Positions 1 to 12,442 of a stretch of 64,000 nt of DNA are shown here, in pieces (within the stretch, counting starts at the first letter, position 1; every line of letters begins with the position of its first letter). Source of the DNA: Mobula hypostoma (Eukaryota). Below the pieces are notes generated by a model. The model was not told where the DNA came from, searched no databases, and saw nothing but the letters and a program-made list of their open reading frames with translations. Location: the NCBI RefSeq assembly GCF_963921235.1, contig NC_086108.1, positions 24,366,001 through 24,430,000 on the forward strand, read 5' to 3'. Both the position numbers and the translations under genes were made by a program.

Positions 1-475
1 TCCAGAGAAAGAGACAGAAAGATCTAGAAAGCGGAGGGAATTGTCAGAAATGGACCAGGTAAACTTGAGGGCAGGGTGAAAGTTGGAGGCAAAGTTAATG
101 AAGTTATTTATTTATTATTATTATTATATATATATTTTTTTCTCTCTCTTTTTCTCCTTCTGTCCCTCTCACTATACTCCTTGCCCATCTTCTGGGATTC
201 TGCCCTCCCCCTTTCTTTTCCCTAGGCCTCCTTCCCATGTTCCTTTCATATCCCTTTTGCCAATCTACTTTCCAGCTCTTAGCTTCATCCCTCCCCCTCC
301 TGTCTTCTCCTATCTCCTTGGATCTCCCCCTCCCCCTCCCACTTTCAAATTTCTTACTATCTCTTCTTTCAGTTAGTCCTGACGAAGGGTCTCGGCCCGA
401 AACGTCCACTGTACCTCTTCCTATAGATGCTGCCTGGCCTGCTGCGTTCACCAGCAATTTTTATGTGTGTTGCCA
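1..475. mobile_element. Penelope-like element remnant: minus-strand RT fragment (1-103) joined to plus-strand 3' repeat (104-475)
   Basis: Reverse complement of 1-103 reads FINFASNFHPALKFTWSISDNSLRFLDLSVS, the same RT segment as the PLE copies at 13.7 kb and 16.2 kb; 130-475 is near-identical to the PLE 3' repeat at 15320-15655. Confidence 0.85.
375..410 (+). ncRNA. Minimal type I hammerhead ribozyme motif in the PLE 3' repeat
   Basis: agtc-CTGACGA-agggtctcggccc-GAAA-cGTC-cact: CUGAnGA and GAAA core, GGG/CCC stem II, palindromic ACGT in place of stem III, GUC cleavage triplet; stem I has one mismatch (gact in sister copies). Confidence 0.7.
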
Positions 476-919
476 TGGTAAGGTGTAATCATAGGTCTCT
501 GTATTATGAGTCGTGTAATCTACATATTGCAAACTACTGTAAACTGTATTTATCATGAAGAAATATGAATATATTATTGCAGTGCAGACCTGTTCAATTT
601 AGGTCTGCATGCAGGTCATCCCCCTGTCTGGACACCCACGATCTAAGCAATTCCTCTTAAAGCCATCTTCTTTGCATATCATTGATGTCAGTGTTATTTT
701 TTGTCTACCTAATGAAGAACTGTAGGCCAGCGAGGATGGACTCAGTACCTCTTTCTGGCTCTTATTTTCTACCATGATATAAATAAATATCCAAAGTTAT
801 CTTGGGGCTCACCAAGAAAATTCTATGCATGGAATTCCCATTTTTACAGTAAAATGCCAATTTTTTGTATTAGATAACAAGCACAGAAGATTCAGGTCAG
901 TGAAAGTCTACAATCTGGA

Positions 920-1071
920 GGTAAACAAGAGGAAATCAAAGTAATACACACAATTTCCCTACTACCTACTACCTTCTACTTTTCCTCTCTTCCTCCCACC
1001 TTCTCCCTCTGACCTCTCATATCTTTTTTCTCCAGTCCTGCTAAAACGGCCCGAAATGTCAACTGTACCTT
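920..1071. mobile_element. Degenerate PLE 3'-repeat fragment, interrupted by the 1072-1684 element and resuming at about 1685-1705
   Basis: ccagtcctg...ggcccgaaatgtcaactgtacc is a decayed hammerhead segment; tttgtatgtgttg follows the insert. Confidence 0.6.
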
Positions 1072-1684
1072 GAAGATCATGACGGCACGACACAGCTAGC
1101 AGCGGCCACTCCGGTGGTGATGTCTGTTATTTGTCAAGTGGGCTGCCGTGTACAATCCTGATTTGATGGAGACGGACGTGAGAGCACGGAGGAACATCTG
1201 GTGAAACTTCTGAAATGACTGCTTCGCTGCTCTTGCTACTGTGTGGTCCAGAATCTTCGGAGGAGAAGACACCGAGTCCTCGGCTTTGCTTGTTGCTCGG
1301 CAGCCGGGGCGGGGTCGAAGCGTTCGGCAGAGGATAGTGTTCGGAGAGTCTGTGTCGGAGGGGGTGGTCGGAGGCTCGAAGTTTTCGAACGGACTCAGAG
1401 TCCGCTGCGGCCCGGTGCTTCCAATGGTGCTGCATCGGCAAGTTGTCGGCGCTTGGAGGTTCTGCCGTCTGCGTGGGATGATGAGTCTATCGGGACTGAT
1501 ACTTTTTTTTTACCGTGCCCATGGTGTGCTCTTTATCAAATTATGTTACTGCTTTGCACTGTTGTAACTATATGTTACAATTATGTAGTTTTGTCAGTTT
1601 AGACTTGTGTTTTCTTGTGATATCATTCTGGAGGAAAGATGTATCATTTTTTAATGCATGCATTTCTAAATGACAATAAACAAA
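1072..1684 (+). mobile_element. Non-autonomous SINE-like retroelement with GC/CpG-rich body and LINE-type tail
   Basis: Sharp GC/CpG-rich block ending in atgacaataaac, resembling Rex-Babar-type tails elsewhere in the window; splits a PLE repeat; no credible ORF. Confidence 0.5.
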
Positions 1685-2538
1685 ACTTTGTATGTGTTGT
1701 TTCCAATTAACTCGACCATTTTCCTCTCTGGTGTCAAGAATATGAGGTGGACACTGCTGCTGTCAGGAAAATATCAAGCTCAGTTATCCAAGCCTAACTT
1801 TTGGTAGGAAGGCCTTGGAAAGATGAGTCATTGCTGACAACAGCAAAGATTTACACCTAGTTTCCTCCAGGAAATGTTCTTGCTGAATCCCGGCAAAACT
1901 CGCAGCAACTGAAATCCAGAAAGGGGGAACATAAATCAAACCCAAAGGCTTCCTTACTCCAGTGAAGGACAGGGAGAAGATTTAAAAGACTATTTGTTTT
2001 TTTGGGGGGCCTCCTGCTGCTTCCTTTACAATAACTGGTTGACATTTGACTGGATATTCTGGGTAAAGGATACACGGGAACTTTTCAAGAACTTTCTCTT
2101 TACAGTTCTGACCAAATCTATCTATTCCTGTTGTTGACTTTATGAATGTGGAAGAAAAATCAGAAATTCTAGAAGCCAACACTTTCTTCTTTATATATCT
2201 GCAGATATCTACTTGTTGTCCAAAGAATGACAAATTCATCAAATAGAAAAGAAATATTTCCAGTCTGAAAACCTGAAGTGAGATGAAAAATGTTGCTGTA
2301 GTGCAAGGGTACAACAACTGAAGCCATAATTCTAACAACGCTTCAGTAGATTTATGCTCACCATATTGTCCAAGGAGGTCTGATGTCAACTGATGGATGA
2401 GCTCCACACTTCTTTCCTTAGTAGGAGATCAATGGATCAGTGCACCTATTTTTTACATGGGTTCACCAAGGTCTCAGCATGACATCATCAATAATTTTCC
2501 ATATTGTTCTTTAGAAATCAAGGCAATGTACAGTTTAC

Positions 2539-2696
2539 CATTTGTTGTTTCTCACTCTCTATGTGCCTTAGGATCCTGTTTGTTTGACTGTATTTGAGTT
2601 CCATGCTTGCCATTAGCATCCGCAACCTGTCAAATTCTGTTCTGCTCTTCTCCATACTTTTTATGTTGGGCTGCTGCTGTTTCTTTATGTTTTGTA
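2539..2696 (-). CDS. Candidate coding exon, coiled-coil-like peptide, gene unidentified
   Basis: Acceptor tattattttcctctcaAG, donor ATG|GTAAAC, stop-free frame QNIKKQQQPNIKSMEKSRTEFDRLRMLMASMELKYSQTNRILRHIESEKQQM, in sequence with no recognisable repeat. Confidence 0.35.
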
Positions 2697-4390
2697 CTTG
2701 AGAGGAAAATAATATTCATAGAAAGACTGGACTGACAAGTGCAGAGTCAAGACTTTCTTATCTGTGTTATGTAGTAGTGTTAACTATCAAAAGAGAGAAG
2801 GATTTGAGACACGATGGTTCAAGTCAGGGCTGTTTTTCTATGTTAAGGATACATCTAACTGAGAATTAGTTTGCTATCCTGGGAGCAGAAGGAGACAGCT
2901 TGAAATATAACAAGCAGACTGGGAAAAGTATATGTTTCTGCAGGTTAAAATGTGAGTTGTGTGATGACTGCAGGTCTGTCACTGCCTGATGAAGTAAGCT
3001 GTAAACATTGTCCCTTCACTCCTCACTGCAAAGTCAGGGCTGTTCAAACTTTATCTCCTTTTGGACTTTTTGCACCATGCCTTGAAACTTCTGGCTGGCT
3101 GAAACTGGTTCTGAGACAGTACTATTGCATTTCTGAGTTACCTTTCAGCATGACAAGAGATCATACTGTTACCCCCTGCTTGAAGCAGCCCAGTTTATGA
3201 TTATGAAACAAAAGATAAGAAGATATTCTGAAGGATGGCTGTGAAGACGGATGACAGATTTTGGTATAGTAACAGAAAGCAGCAGTTTATATTAGTAGAG
3301 TGCTCTCCACTCCCAGCTACAGACTGGTGTAACTGAAATCAAATTACAGGAACTGACCTGAGTGGACAGGTGGAAGCTTGTTGTTGGCAGACAGATGGAA
3401 AGATAAGATTGATTCTGGAGAGAAGGATATTAAGGTTACGACTTTTCTCATTTCAAATGTAAGTGGTTGAAGTTTCAAAAGATGTAAACATACACATATT
3501 CTCAGTGTAATAAATAGGAAATGCTATTTCTTCAACACTGCAATTTTCTCTTGAAAAAGAAATGGTATGGTCACTGTTTACTGCTGATGAATATTTAAGA
3601 TGCTGAAACAATGCTCATGGAACACTCTTGCACTAGATTAACTAAAATATCAAATCAAGGACAACAGAACAATAATCCATATGACTGTGTTAATTTATCC
3701 ACTAACTTGGTAAAGAATCATTCTGGTGAAAAGTTATTATAAACCTTCAGGAGATGTGGTATGAGAATTGGAATTTTCCAACGAATGAGTTGCACTGCTG
3801 TTTTCTCCTTCACAGTAAGGGTGTCTGTGCAAAACGAGTTAAGTCATCTACTGCCTGGACCCATTCAACTGAAATTAAAGCCCCATGTAAAAGATGTCTA
3901 AGAAACTCATCCACTGGGAAACTTCAGAGCCACGAGTAAGGTAGACTATCCCAGTCCGCAGCAACGCACTTAGTAGAATTTTGCCAAAGCAAGAGGTTGT
4001 GTCATCAATACTGTACAGATCTTTCATTTTCCTTTCCCGTTACCTCATTGCATCCACACAATCTTTATATATGTACTAGAGAATTGCTATCTGCTGCTTC
4101 AGTTTCTTCTGCTCTTATGTTTAACAGCTTTAAAATTAATGCTTTACAATGTTCTCTTACCTGATTGCCACAAAGCTGACATACTGCACTACAGGTACCC
4201 ACCTATCACTTACTTGCAAAATCCAAAATTAAATGCTTTAAATATTAACAACCTTATTCTTAATGTCTCATACTACATCTCTTCCATGTACATTTTTTAC
4301 ATGAACTAGCAAATTAGCATAGCTTTCATTTTTTTATAACACAGTATATCTAACTATATCCAAATCTTAGGAATCTGTCAGAATATTTAG

Positions 4391-4671
4391 TTTTATTTAT
4401 TTCTTGAGATACAGCACGGAATAGGCCCTTCAAGCCATGCTGCCCAGCAACCCCCAATTTAACCCTAGCTGAGTCATGGGAAAATTTACCATGACCAATT
4501 AACCTACTAACCGTTACATCTTTGGACTGTGGGAAGAAACCGACATGGTCACAGGGAGATTGTACAAACTCCTTACAGACAACAGCAGGAATTGAACCCT
4601 GGTTGATGATACCGTAAAGCATTGTGCCAACCACCGTGCCACCCTATGTTGTGCTAACCTCTACACTACTG
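4391..4671 (-). mobile_element. HE1-like tRNA-derived V-SINE
   Basis: Minus strand shows B-box gggttcaattcc, V-domain gagtttgtac...ggtttcttcccacagtccaaaga and CR1-derived tail gaagggcctattccgtgctgtatc. Confidence 0.8.
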
Positions 4672-5187
4672 AGCTCAAAAACATAAAATGCTGACTAATG
4701 CTTTGGCATTCTCTTCATTGTGCTTCTCTATCATTACTTGCTCATTTTAATTTAGGAAGAATAAAGAGTTGGAAATTATTTTCCACAGGTAAAGTCATCC
4801 ATTTTATCTGATTTCAAACCATCGAAAAACTGCATTTACCTCAAGCACTGGTGCACATTACAATGATACACAGAAGACATACCATTGCCCAATAGACCAT
4901 AGCTGAGAAAATGTTTTCCAGTAATTAAGAACGAGAAGGAAAAAGGATGAACACTAACAGTTTGAAATTAAAATAGAAAATGCCAGAAGCTCAGAGTAGA
5001 GCCATTAATATCTCAGTAAAGAAAGAATAGCATTTTACAGTATATGAAAGAACTTCATTAGATCGACTGAAGACTCTTCATTGTTTATTCTCCATTGTCA
5101 CTCCTTTATTTTCTGTTTTAACTTTTGAGCCATATAGTTATTAATCCTCATATCCTGTGAACTTGTTTACAAGTTGTTTACATGATA

Positions 5188-6729
5188 TGATAGTGGTCTC
5201 ACTGATTTTAATAATGTTTCCAACATGATAGCAAAGTGTGACAAATCTCATACAACTGGTGAAAGATTAATAATGCCTACTGTATCAGAAGTGCTCACCA
5301 CTTTTCTCAAAATGGATACCAGATTTTTAAAATCAATTCCTCTAAGTAATTATCTCGTGAAGATATTGAGTATCAACTATGTATAGAGCTACCAAAAAAA
5401 AGAATTTGGGATACAACTGGATGAGCCAACTGCGTGAGACAACGAGGCATTGCTATTGGCTGATGTATGGTTTATCAAAAATGGAAAAATTTATGAAGAG
5501 ATTCTCTTTTGTAAAAAGTTAAAAACAAATATCAATGGAGAAATCACCTATGACAAGCTGAAAATATATATTGAGGATAAAAGTATTCTGATTAAGAACA
5601 TCATTTCTTGTGCAGTAAATGGAACACTGCGTATGACAGGTTGCCCTGCTGATTTAGTGGCATTTATGAAAAAAGACATTCCAAGTTTGTAATACATTGT
5701 GCAATTCAGCATCAACATCTTGCTGCCAAAATCCTCAGCCACTGAATTTTTCAAGCATGACTCTTGTAATATCTGCTAGCAACAAAATTAAAGCTCATTT
5801 ATTAAATAGCAGAATACTTCACCAGTTATGTCAACGATAACTGTTAATGATGAAGAGTCTGAATGCTTGTTTCTTCACACTGATGTCCATTGGCTGTCAA
5901 AAGGCTGCTGTTTTAAACATTTCTTTGATCTTTTTGACACCGAGGTTGAATTTCTGCTCAAAGTTGATAAGAGCTTGGGAAACAAGATTGAACTTCTACG
6001 TGGAGATGTGGCAGACCTAGTTGATCTCTATGACAAAATGAATATTCTAAATATGAAGCTACGAGGTGAAAACTTCGATTTAATCCAGGCAAAAAGTGCA
6101 GTATCCACTTTTATCAGAAGATTAGAAACATGTAAGCAAAACATTAGGAGAAGAATGTTCTCACAGTTTCCCTGCATGGAAAGTATGGTACTCTCTTTCA
6201 CAGATGGTGATTTGCAAGAGTACTGTTTACACCTGCAATCAATGAAGAAGGATTTTCAGAATCGATTCAAGGATTTGAATCATCTGGAAATTCCAGACTG
6301 GGAAATTAACCCAATTCTTAGCAAGGTAGAAGAACAGGAGGAGAGCTTGCAAGAAGAAATTACCAAAATTCAGAATGATGAAGAAGCAAAAATGTTTTTC
6401 AAAAATGTCAACTTATGTGGTATGTGGCTACACTTGAACCAGATATGTCAGCTCTTCCTAAAAACCATCAAGTTCAAGGATCACACTGGTATCGAAGCAG
6501 CTGTACAGCGCCTAGGTACTGTGTAAACTGGGCTTAAAGACAAAATATTAAAACAGAATCATTTTTCTCATGTTAGCACATGGTAGACATATTTTTACAC
6601 TATGGGGGCACCAGAAATTGTATTGTGCCTAAGAGGGGTGTTGGCAATTATGAAGTTGCTTTCAGGGTCATTAGCAGTATGGAAGTGCTTTAGGGGGTCT
6701 TTGCACTAAAAAGTGGTTGGAAGACACTG
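5188..6729 (+). mobile_element. hAT (Charlie/Buster-like) DNA transposon remnant with decayed transposase
   Basis: Broken frames give IAKCDKSHTTGERLIMP, SIPLSN, FGIQLDE, HCAIQHQHLAAK, HTDVHWLSKG (ORF 5828-6526); 3' TIR-like ggttggaagacactg ends at 6729. Confidence 0.85.
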
Positions 6730-7452
6730 AGTTATCAGAACATAGAAAGTTGAATTCAGAAAAAAATGTGAAGGGTGTGATACATTGTTTGTCCCATTGT
6801 GAACAGAATTATTTACTGTTGTGAAATGTTGATAGAATGCTGAATGGCAGCTGCATTGTGAATTTCAACAGCATTGCCGATCCAGATCAAATAAACAGGA
6901 AAAGTTCAGTAGACTATGTCTTTCTTCTTTGGATGGATGACCAGGTAGAATTTTAAAATATTGACAAAGCTTTGATAAAGGAGATGTAGAAAAAACGTAG
7001 AGGGCCAAACATACAGATTTAGTGTTTGGTACTGGGGAACCTAAATGTAGAGAGAGTGACTGCTGTGTCAAATGTTTTGCATTACAGATAACACTGAGCT
7101 TCCAGTCTCCTGACACATTAATTACCTATCTCACTCACCCAATGATCCTTGGAATCCTCCACAGCTAAAACAATGTTTACTAGCAGCACCTCATCTTCTG
7201 ACTAGCCACATTACAGATTTCAGAACTTAATACTGAGTTCAATAACATCAACTAACCTGAGATATCAGCCTTTGCATCTCATATTTGCAGGTATTGGTGT
7301 ATAATTTTCTCTTACCCTGTCACATTTTTGCTGGATGCTTCATCTTTTCTTTGCATTTTAATCATTTTTTGCAACCCTTTCCCAGAAAAGAAGAAAGGAT
7401 CCTGGCCTGAAAGTTGAATTCATTTTTTGTCTCTCCACAGATGCCAACTGAC

Positions 7453-7746
7453 ATTTATTTTATTTAAAGACACTGCGTGGAGTAGGTCCTTCCGGTTTTT
7501 CAAGCGACACCACTCAGCAACCCTAATTTAACCCAAACCTAATCACAGGACAATTTAGATTTATCAATTAACCGACCCGGTATGTCTTTAGACTGTGGCA
7601 GGAAACTGGAGCACCCAAGGAAAACCCATACATTCCACAGAGAGGATGTAGAAAAATCCTTACAGTGGATGCCAAGATTGAACTACAAACTTCAACACCC
7701 TGAGCTGTAATAGCATCACACTAACCACTAAACTACTGTGGCACCC
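7453..7746 (-). mobile_element. HE1-like V-SINE
   Basis: Same organisation as 4391-4671 (gactgtggcaggaaactggagcaccc, attgaact B-box, ctaaccact A-box). Confidence 0.75.
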
Positions 7747-7882
7747 ATGCATAAATTATCATGCTTAACTTCCAATTTTCAACAACGCCAAATAGGCCCT
7801 TCAGCCCACCTCGTGCATGCCACCAGGATTGTCTACTTGAGCTAATCCCATTACATGACATTTCGCCCTTATTCCTCAAGAC

Positions 7883-7961
7883 CAGGGGTTCCCAGCCTGG
7901 AGTCCACTGACCCTTTGCTTAATGCTATTGGTTCATGGCATAAAAAAGTTGGGAAACCCTA
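7883..7961. mobile_element. ~80-bp hAT/Charlie-type MITE
   Basis: TIRs caggggttccca ... ttgggaaacccta; second copy at 19867-19944. Confidence 0.7.
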
Positions 7962-8404
7962 GTTTAAATGTCTGCTATTGGTTTTCAAATCATAGATTAG
8001 CTACAATACAAAATTAGGTCATTTGTCGCATATGTCCATATCAGCGTTTTACTAAATCAACTCTTTAGTTCCACCGATGCACCTTCTCCACAGTCTCACA
8101 AGTTTATCCTCACCAAATACCATTGGATTCCTGCTTTTAGGCCACAATCAATAATGTGTCCACATTTGCAGGCATTGCAATCTAGATGCCAAACGCACAC
8201 AGTACAAAAAGCTCGTCCTCATGATGCTCTTAAAGATATATACATTTTAAAAATGCCTGCACTTGCCAAACATTTTACAGTCAATGCAACACCTAAGATA
8301 TTTAGCTTCTGAATTCACAGCATGAATTCTGTATATCTGGAAGAAAGTGGACATGATCTTCATACCCAGTGAACCCAAGATGAATGTGTACAGCAGTATC
8401 TCAA

Positions 8405-8885
8405 CATTCAAAGTAAATCTATTATCAAAGTACACATATGTCACCATATACTACCCTGAGATTCATTTTCTTGCAGGCATTCAGAGTAAATACAAAAAAA
8501 AAACACAATAGAATCAATGAAAAGCTGCATATACCAAGATGGGCAAACAACCAAAGCACAAAAGACGACAAACTGTGCAAATACATAAGAAAAAACAAAC
8601 AAGATTATTAATATTAAACAAATAAGCAATAAATTTCGAGAACGAGATGAAGAGTTCTTAAATGTCAGTCCACTGGTTGTGGGAACATTTCAGTGTTGTG
8701 AGTGAAGTTGAGTGAATTTATCCCCTCTGGTTCAATGCCTGATGGTTGAGGAGTAATAACTGTTCCTGAATCTAGTGTTGGGGGTTCTGAGGCTTCTTCC
8801 TGATGGCAGCAGCGAGAAGAAAGCATGTGCTGGGGCGGGGGGGGGGGGGGGGAGGTGGTCTTTGATGATGGCTGCCGCTTTCAAG
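8405..8885 (-). mobile_element. Rex-Babar-type LINE 3' end
   Basis: Tail ggtagtatatggtgacatatgtgtactttgataatagatttactttgaa on the minus strand matches the tails at 34610-34660 and 51100-51131. Confidence 0.75.
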
Positions 8886-10289
8886 TTCAAGTTGAACTAT
8901 CGTGCAACTATACGTAAATGCCTATCAATACTGCTGGTCCTTGAGCCAGAAGTTAAATAGTTTTATTTTCCCTGAAATATCATGTGCAAAACCATAGTAG
9001 ACATTCCTAAAACCAGTCAGATCATCACTGATGCATTTAAAAAAGAAAAGTTGTTCAAAGTTTCATGGATGAAGAAAAAGACAGGAAGAAGAAAAGTCAG
9101 CTTTTGTTTGAAATAAAAATCCTTTATATTGGGAAGAAAACTTAACTCACATAAGGTGCATGAAGGGAATTCGGGAAAACTGTATGAAGGCCACTGCATC
9201 ATTGATTATATTATCTGCAACACAGTTGCTGTCAAAACCCAATAGCAGAGAAACCAGAGGTTTAATGTTCAAATATATGTTTGAACTCCTCATAAACTGA
9301 ATACCTCTCTTATTCAGTTTTAATCTATGTAATGGATTTTGGCCTCTGTCTTTATTGATCTTTTATCAGCTAACTGTAACCATGAAAAATAAGTTACATA
9401 TCCAATTGATGTGAAACCTTCTCCGGGTTATTGTTGATTTTCAAGGCAACTGTACAATGAAAGCCTGTGATTTATCAATATAGTATCTGTAGTAATTTCT
9501 GTCAGGATGCATATCACATGACCAACTCATCTGGCTGCAAAAATGTCAGTTCTAATCTTTGATAACAAAGTTTTCTAACAACTCAGTCAATTGTTGGTGG
9601 TGAAAAATATAAGTTAAAGCTGTCAATTTGGAGGAAAATGATGTAACTAAAAATAATGCTCTTTGAATTATACCAAGCAGTGCTCACCACTGATCTACAA
9701 ATTAATTTCCTTGCAGAGGAAGCATCTTGCTAAAAAATTAATTTCAATTTGAAGCTTGGCATTTTGTGCAGACATCCCAAAGTTGTCCTTCATTAAACTG
9801 GAGCAGCTGCCATGGAACCTCAAGTTCCAGGCCATTAAGAATACGGAGTATTAATTTCACAATGAAATTCAACAATTCCCACCATAACATTACATGTTGT
9901 TGTGTAGTTAAAAAATTGAAGCTATACAGTATCACTGACTACAGCTCTCCAAACTGACTTCTATAGCAAATACCAGTAGAAAGAATTACTTTGAGTAATG
10001 AAAGGTCTCAATGCTGCCAATCTCAAGTGGTCCCCTAATCTGATAGACTCAAATTCCCACAAATATTCTGCACATTCCTGAATAATTTCCATACCTCCAG
10101 ACTCTTTTTCTTAGGCAGGCCGTCAGGAGAGAGAATGGCTTCGATTTTGTGGGTTCTCGAGTGAATGATGATGATGTGGAAATTATAGATTCTTCTACAG
10201 CTAGAGCAGAAGTGACCTATTCAGGCGGCAGCTCAGTGGTTTGTGAAGAGGTATGCCCCTCTGTAGGTCTTCTGTGTCTTCCTGATACA

Positions 10290-10550
10290 TGAACTTGAGT
10301 TATCACGCACCAAATACTCTTCTTAATTTTAAACTGTCATGAGTCAGAGGTTCTGCAGAGTTAGCTGGGATGTCGTAATACTTCAATGACTCTTTGAGCA
10401 CATCCTTGAACTCCTCTTCAGTATACCCGGTGACCTCTTCCCATAAAACAGCCGGGAATGAAGTGTGTATTTCGGGAGTCTATGGTGCACATGTGAACAA
10501 CATGGCCTGTCCATTGGACTTGATAGAGTCTAACTAGTCTCCAGAGCTGA
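10290..10550 (-). mobile_element. Old RTE-clade LINE fragment
   Basis: QWTGHVVHM motif (RTE RW.GHV.RM) followed by a decayed KDVLKESLK segment. Confidence 0.55.
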
Positions 10551-11142
10551 GGATGAGTTCCTAAACATATCAACTGCATTTCTTTCTTTGGAAAAACATT
10601 CAACAGTTTAAATGTGAATTTTATTTTCATACCATGGTCATTTTACAAGTTAGATTTAAAACATTCTCTGACAGGTTGGAAGGAAATACTGTAGTTATGC
10701 ATGGATTCAGTTGAGTATACAATGATATTATAGTCACAGATAATGTAGAAGAAAGAGCTTCTTTGCAAGATTTTACATCAAAACAATGGTGCATTAAATT
10801 ACTGTAAAATGCAGTTTACATTTACAAAAATCAGCAAAACATGACTTAGAAGTTCATTCCTGAACGGCAGTGATAAACAAACACATTAGCATTGCACTCT
10901 CTCTCCAATGTTGATTCTATTGCAACCAAGCCCCTAGTTTCATCCTCTCCCTGACTTTTCTTTTAATTAATTTCTACAGTAGTCCAACCTGCTGGCCTAT
11001 ACTTAGTATATCAATGACCAGTGTTGGAACAGATTCTGCACTGGAGTTCATGGATAGGACCTCTCTTGGTTTAATGATCTTATGTGCCCCTTAATCCAAC
11101 TACTGGTGGTTCCAGTCTTTGCAAATCACTGAAATAACTCAC

Positions 11143-11697
11143 AGAGTATTGTGTGCAGTTTTGGTCCCCTAATCTGAGGAAAGACATCTTTGCCATAGAG
11201 GGAGTACAAAGAAGGTTCACCAGATTGATTCCTGGGATGGCAGGTCTTTCATATGAAGAAAGACTGGATGAACTGGGCTTGTACTCGTTGGAATTTAGAA
11301 GATTGAGGGGGGATCTGATTGAAACGTATAAGATCCTAAAGGGATTGGACAGGCTAGATGCAGGAAGATTGTTCCCGATGTTGGGGAGGTCTAGAACGAG
11401 GGGTCACAGTTTGAGGATAGAGGGGAAGCCTTTTAGGACCGAGGTTAGGAAAAACTTCTTCACACAGAGAGTGGTGAATCTGTGGAATTCTCTGCCACAG
11501 CAAACTGTTGAGGCCAGTTCATTAGCTATGTTTAAAAGGAAGTTAGATATGGCCCTTGTGGCTACAGGGGTCAGGGGGTATGGAGGGAAGGCTGGGTTCT
11601 GAGTTGGATGATCAGCCATGATCATAATAAATGGCGGTGCAGGCTCGAAGGGCCGAATGGCCTACTCCTGCACCTATTTTCTGTTTCTATGTTTCTA
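11143..11697 (+). mobile_element. Young CR1 LINE 3' end
   Basis: ORF 11153-11602 (QFWSP...LYSLEFRRLRGDLIETYKI...TRGHSL...FFTQRVVNLWNSLP), tail gtttctatgtttcta; near-identical to the 26548-27118 minus-strand copy. Confidence 0.95.
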
Positions 11698-12174
11698 AAT
11701 AGCCAAACGCCAAGGAACTGCAGTGGTTCTTTTGCCAATCATAGAAGGAGCAGCCAACAATCAATTTCGCCTCTTTATACTTCCAAAGAATGAAAAACAA
11801 TTATCCAATCTGAAATTCTGTTTCTAATTTGTTTCAATTATTTATCCATGCATGGAAAAACAGTAGCTACAGTATACCAGTATTCTGAAACACCTCCACC
11901 ACTAAATCTTCACCATGCCAAGAAACCAGCCATGAAATTCTTCAATGCTTGAACTACCAGGCAGCAAATCACAACTAAACAGCTTACCAAACTTTGAAGC
12001 CTGCAAGATTAAAGTTGCCAGAAACTTCTTCTGTTAGAATAACTAAAAAAAACCCTTGACCTTGCATTTCTATGCCATAAATTGTAACTGGCTGTGTTTT
12101 CAGAAATTTAAATTAAAACAATTAATTTTACTTTAGCTAACCTATGACATGGACAAAGCTTGCAATAATACCTA

Positions 12175-12335
12175 TACCTTGTGTTTCTACCTCTCCCCTC
12201 CCACCTTCCAACTCTGACTCATCTTCTTTTCCTCCACTCCTGATGAAGAGTGTCAGCCTAAAATATCAACTGTACTCTTTTCCATAGATGCTGCCTGGCC
12301 TGCCGAGCTCCTCCAGCATTCTGTGTGTGTTGCTT
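12175..12335 (+). mobile_element. PLE 3'-repeat fragment with degenerate hammerhead motif
   Basis: cctgatgaagagtgtcagcctaaaatatcaactgtactcttttccatagatgctgcctggcctg. Confidence 0.75.
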
Positions 12336-12442
12336 GCAATATTATTTATTGCCCATCATAGGACTTCAGCAAGCAGTTGAGAGCCAATCTCTGATAACTA
12401 ATTATAGTCAATTATGGTAGTACAGCACAGAATCAAGCCAGA

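Noticed and set aside
83..488. Pro/Ser/Leu-rich ORFs here and at 12472-12857, 15262-15739, 17148-17423 and 43956-44401
   Set aside because: Chance frames across the pyrimidine-rich PLE 3' repeat; not proteins.
1127..1602. Three overlapping 100-120-aa ORFs and a CpG-island-like composition
   Set aside because: They lie within a GC-rich insert that splits a PLE repeat; no domain is recognisable and there is no evidence for a host promoter.
5828..6526. Domesticated ZBED8/SCAND3/FAM200-like gene
   Set aside because: Upstream stops and frameshifts plus a TIR-like end indicate a transposon fossil.
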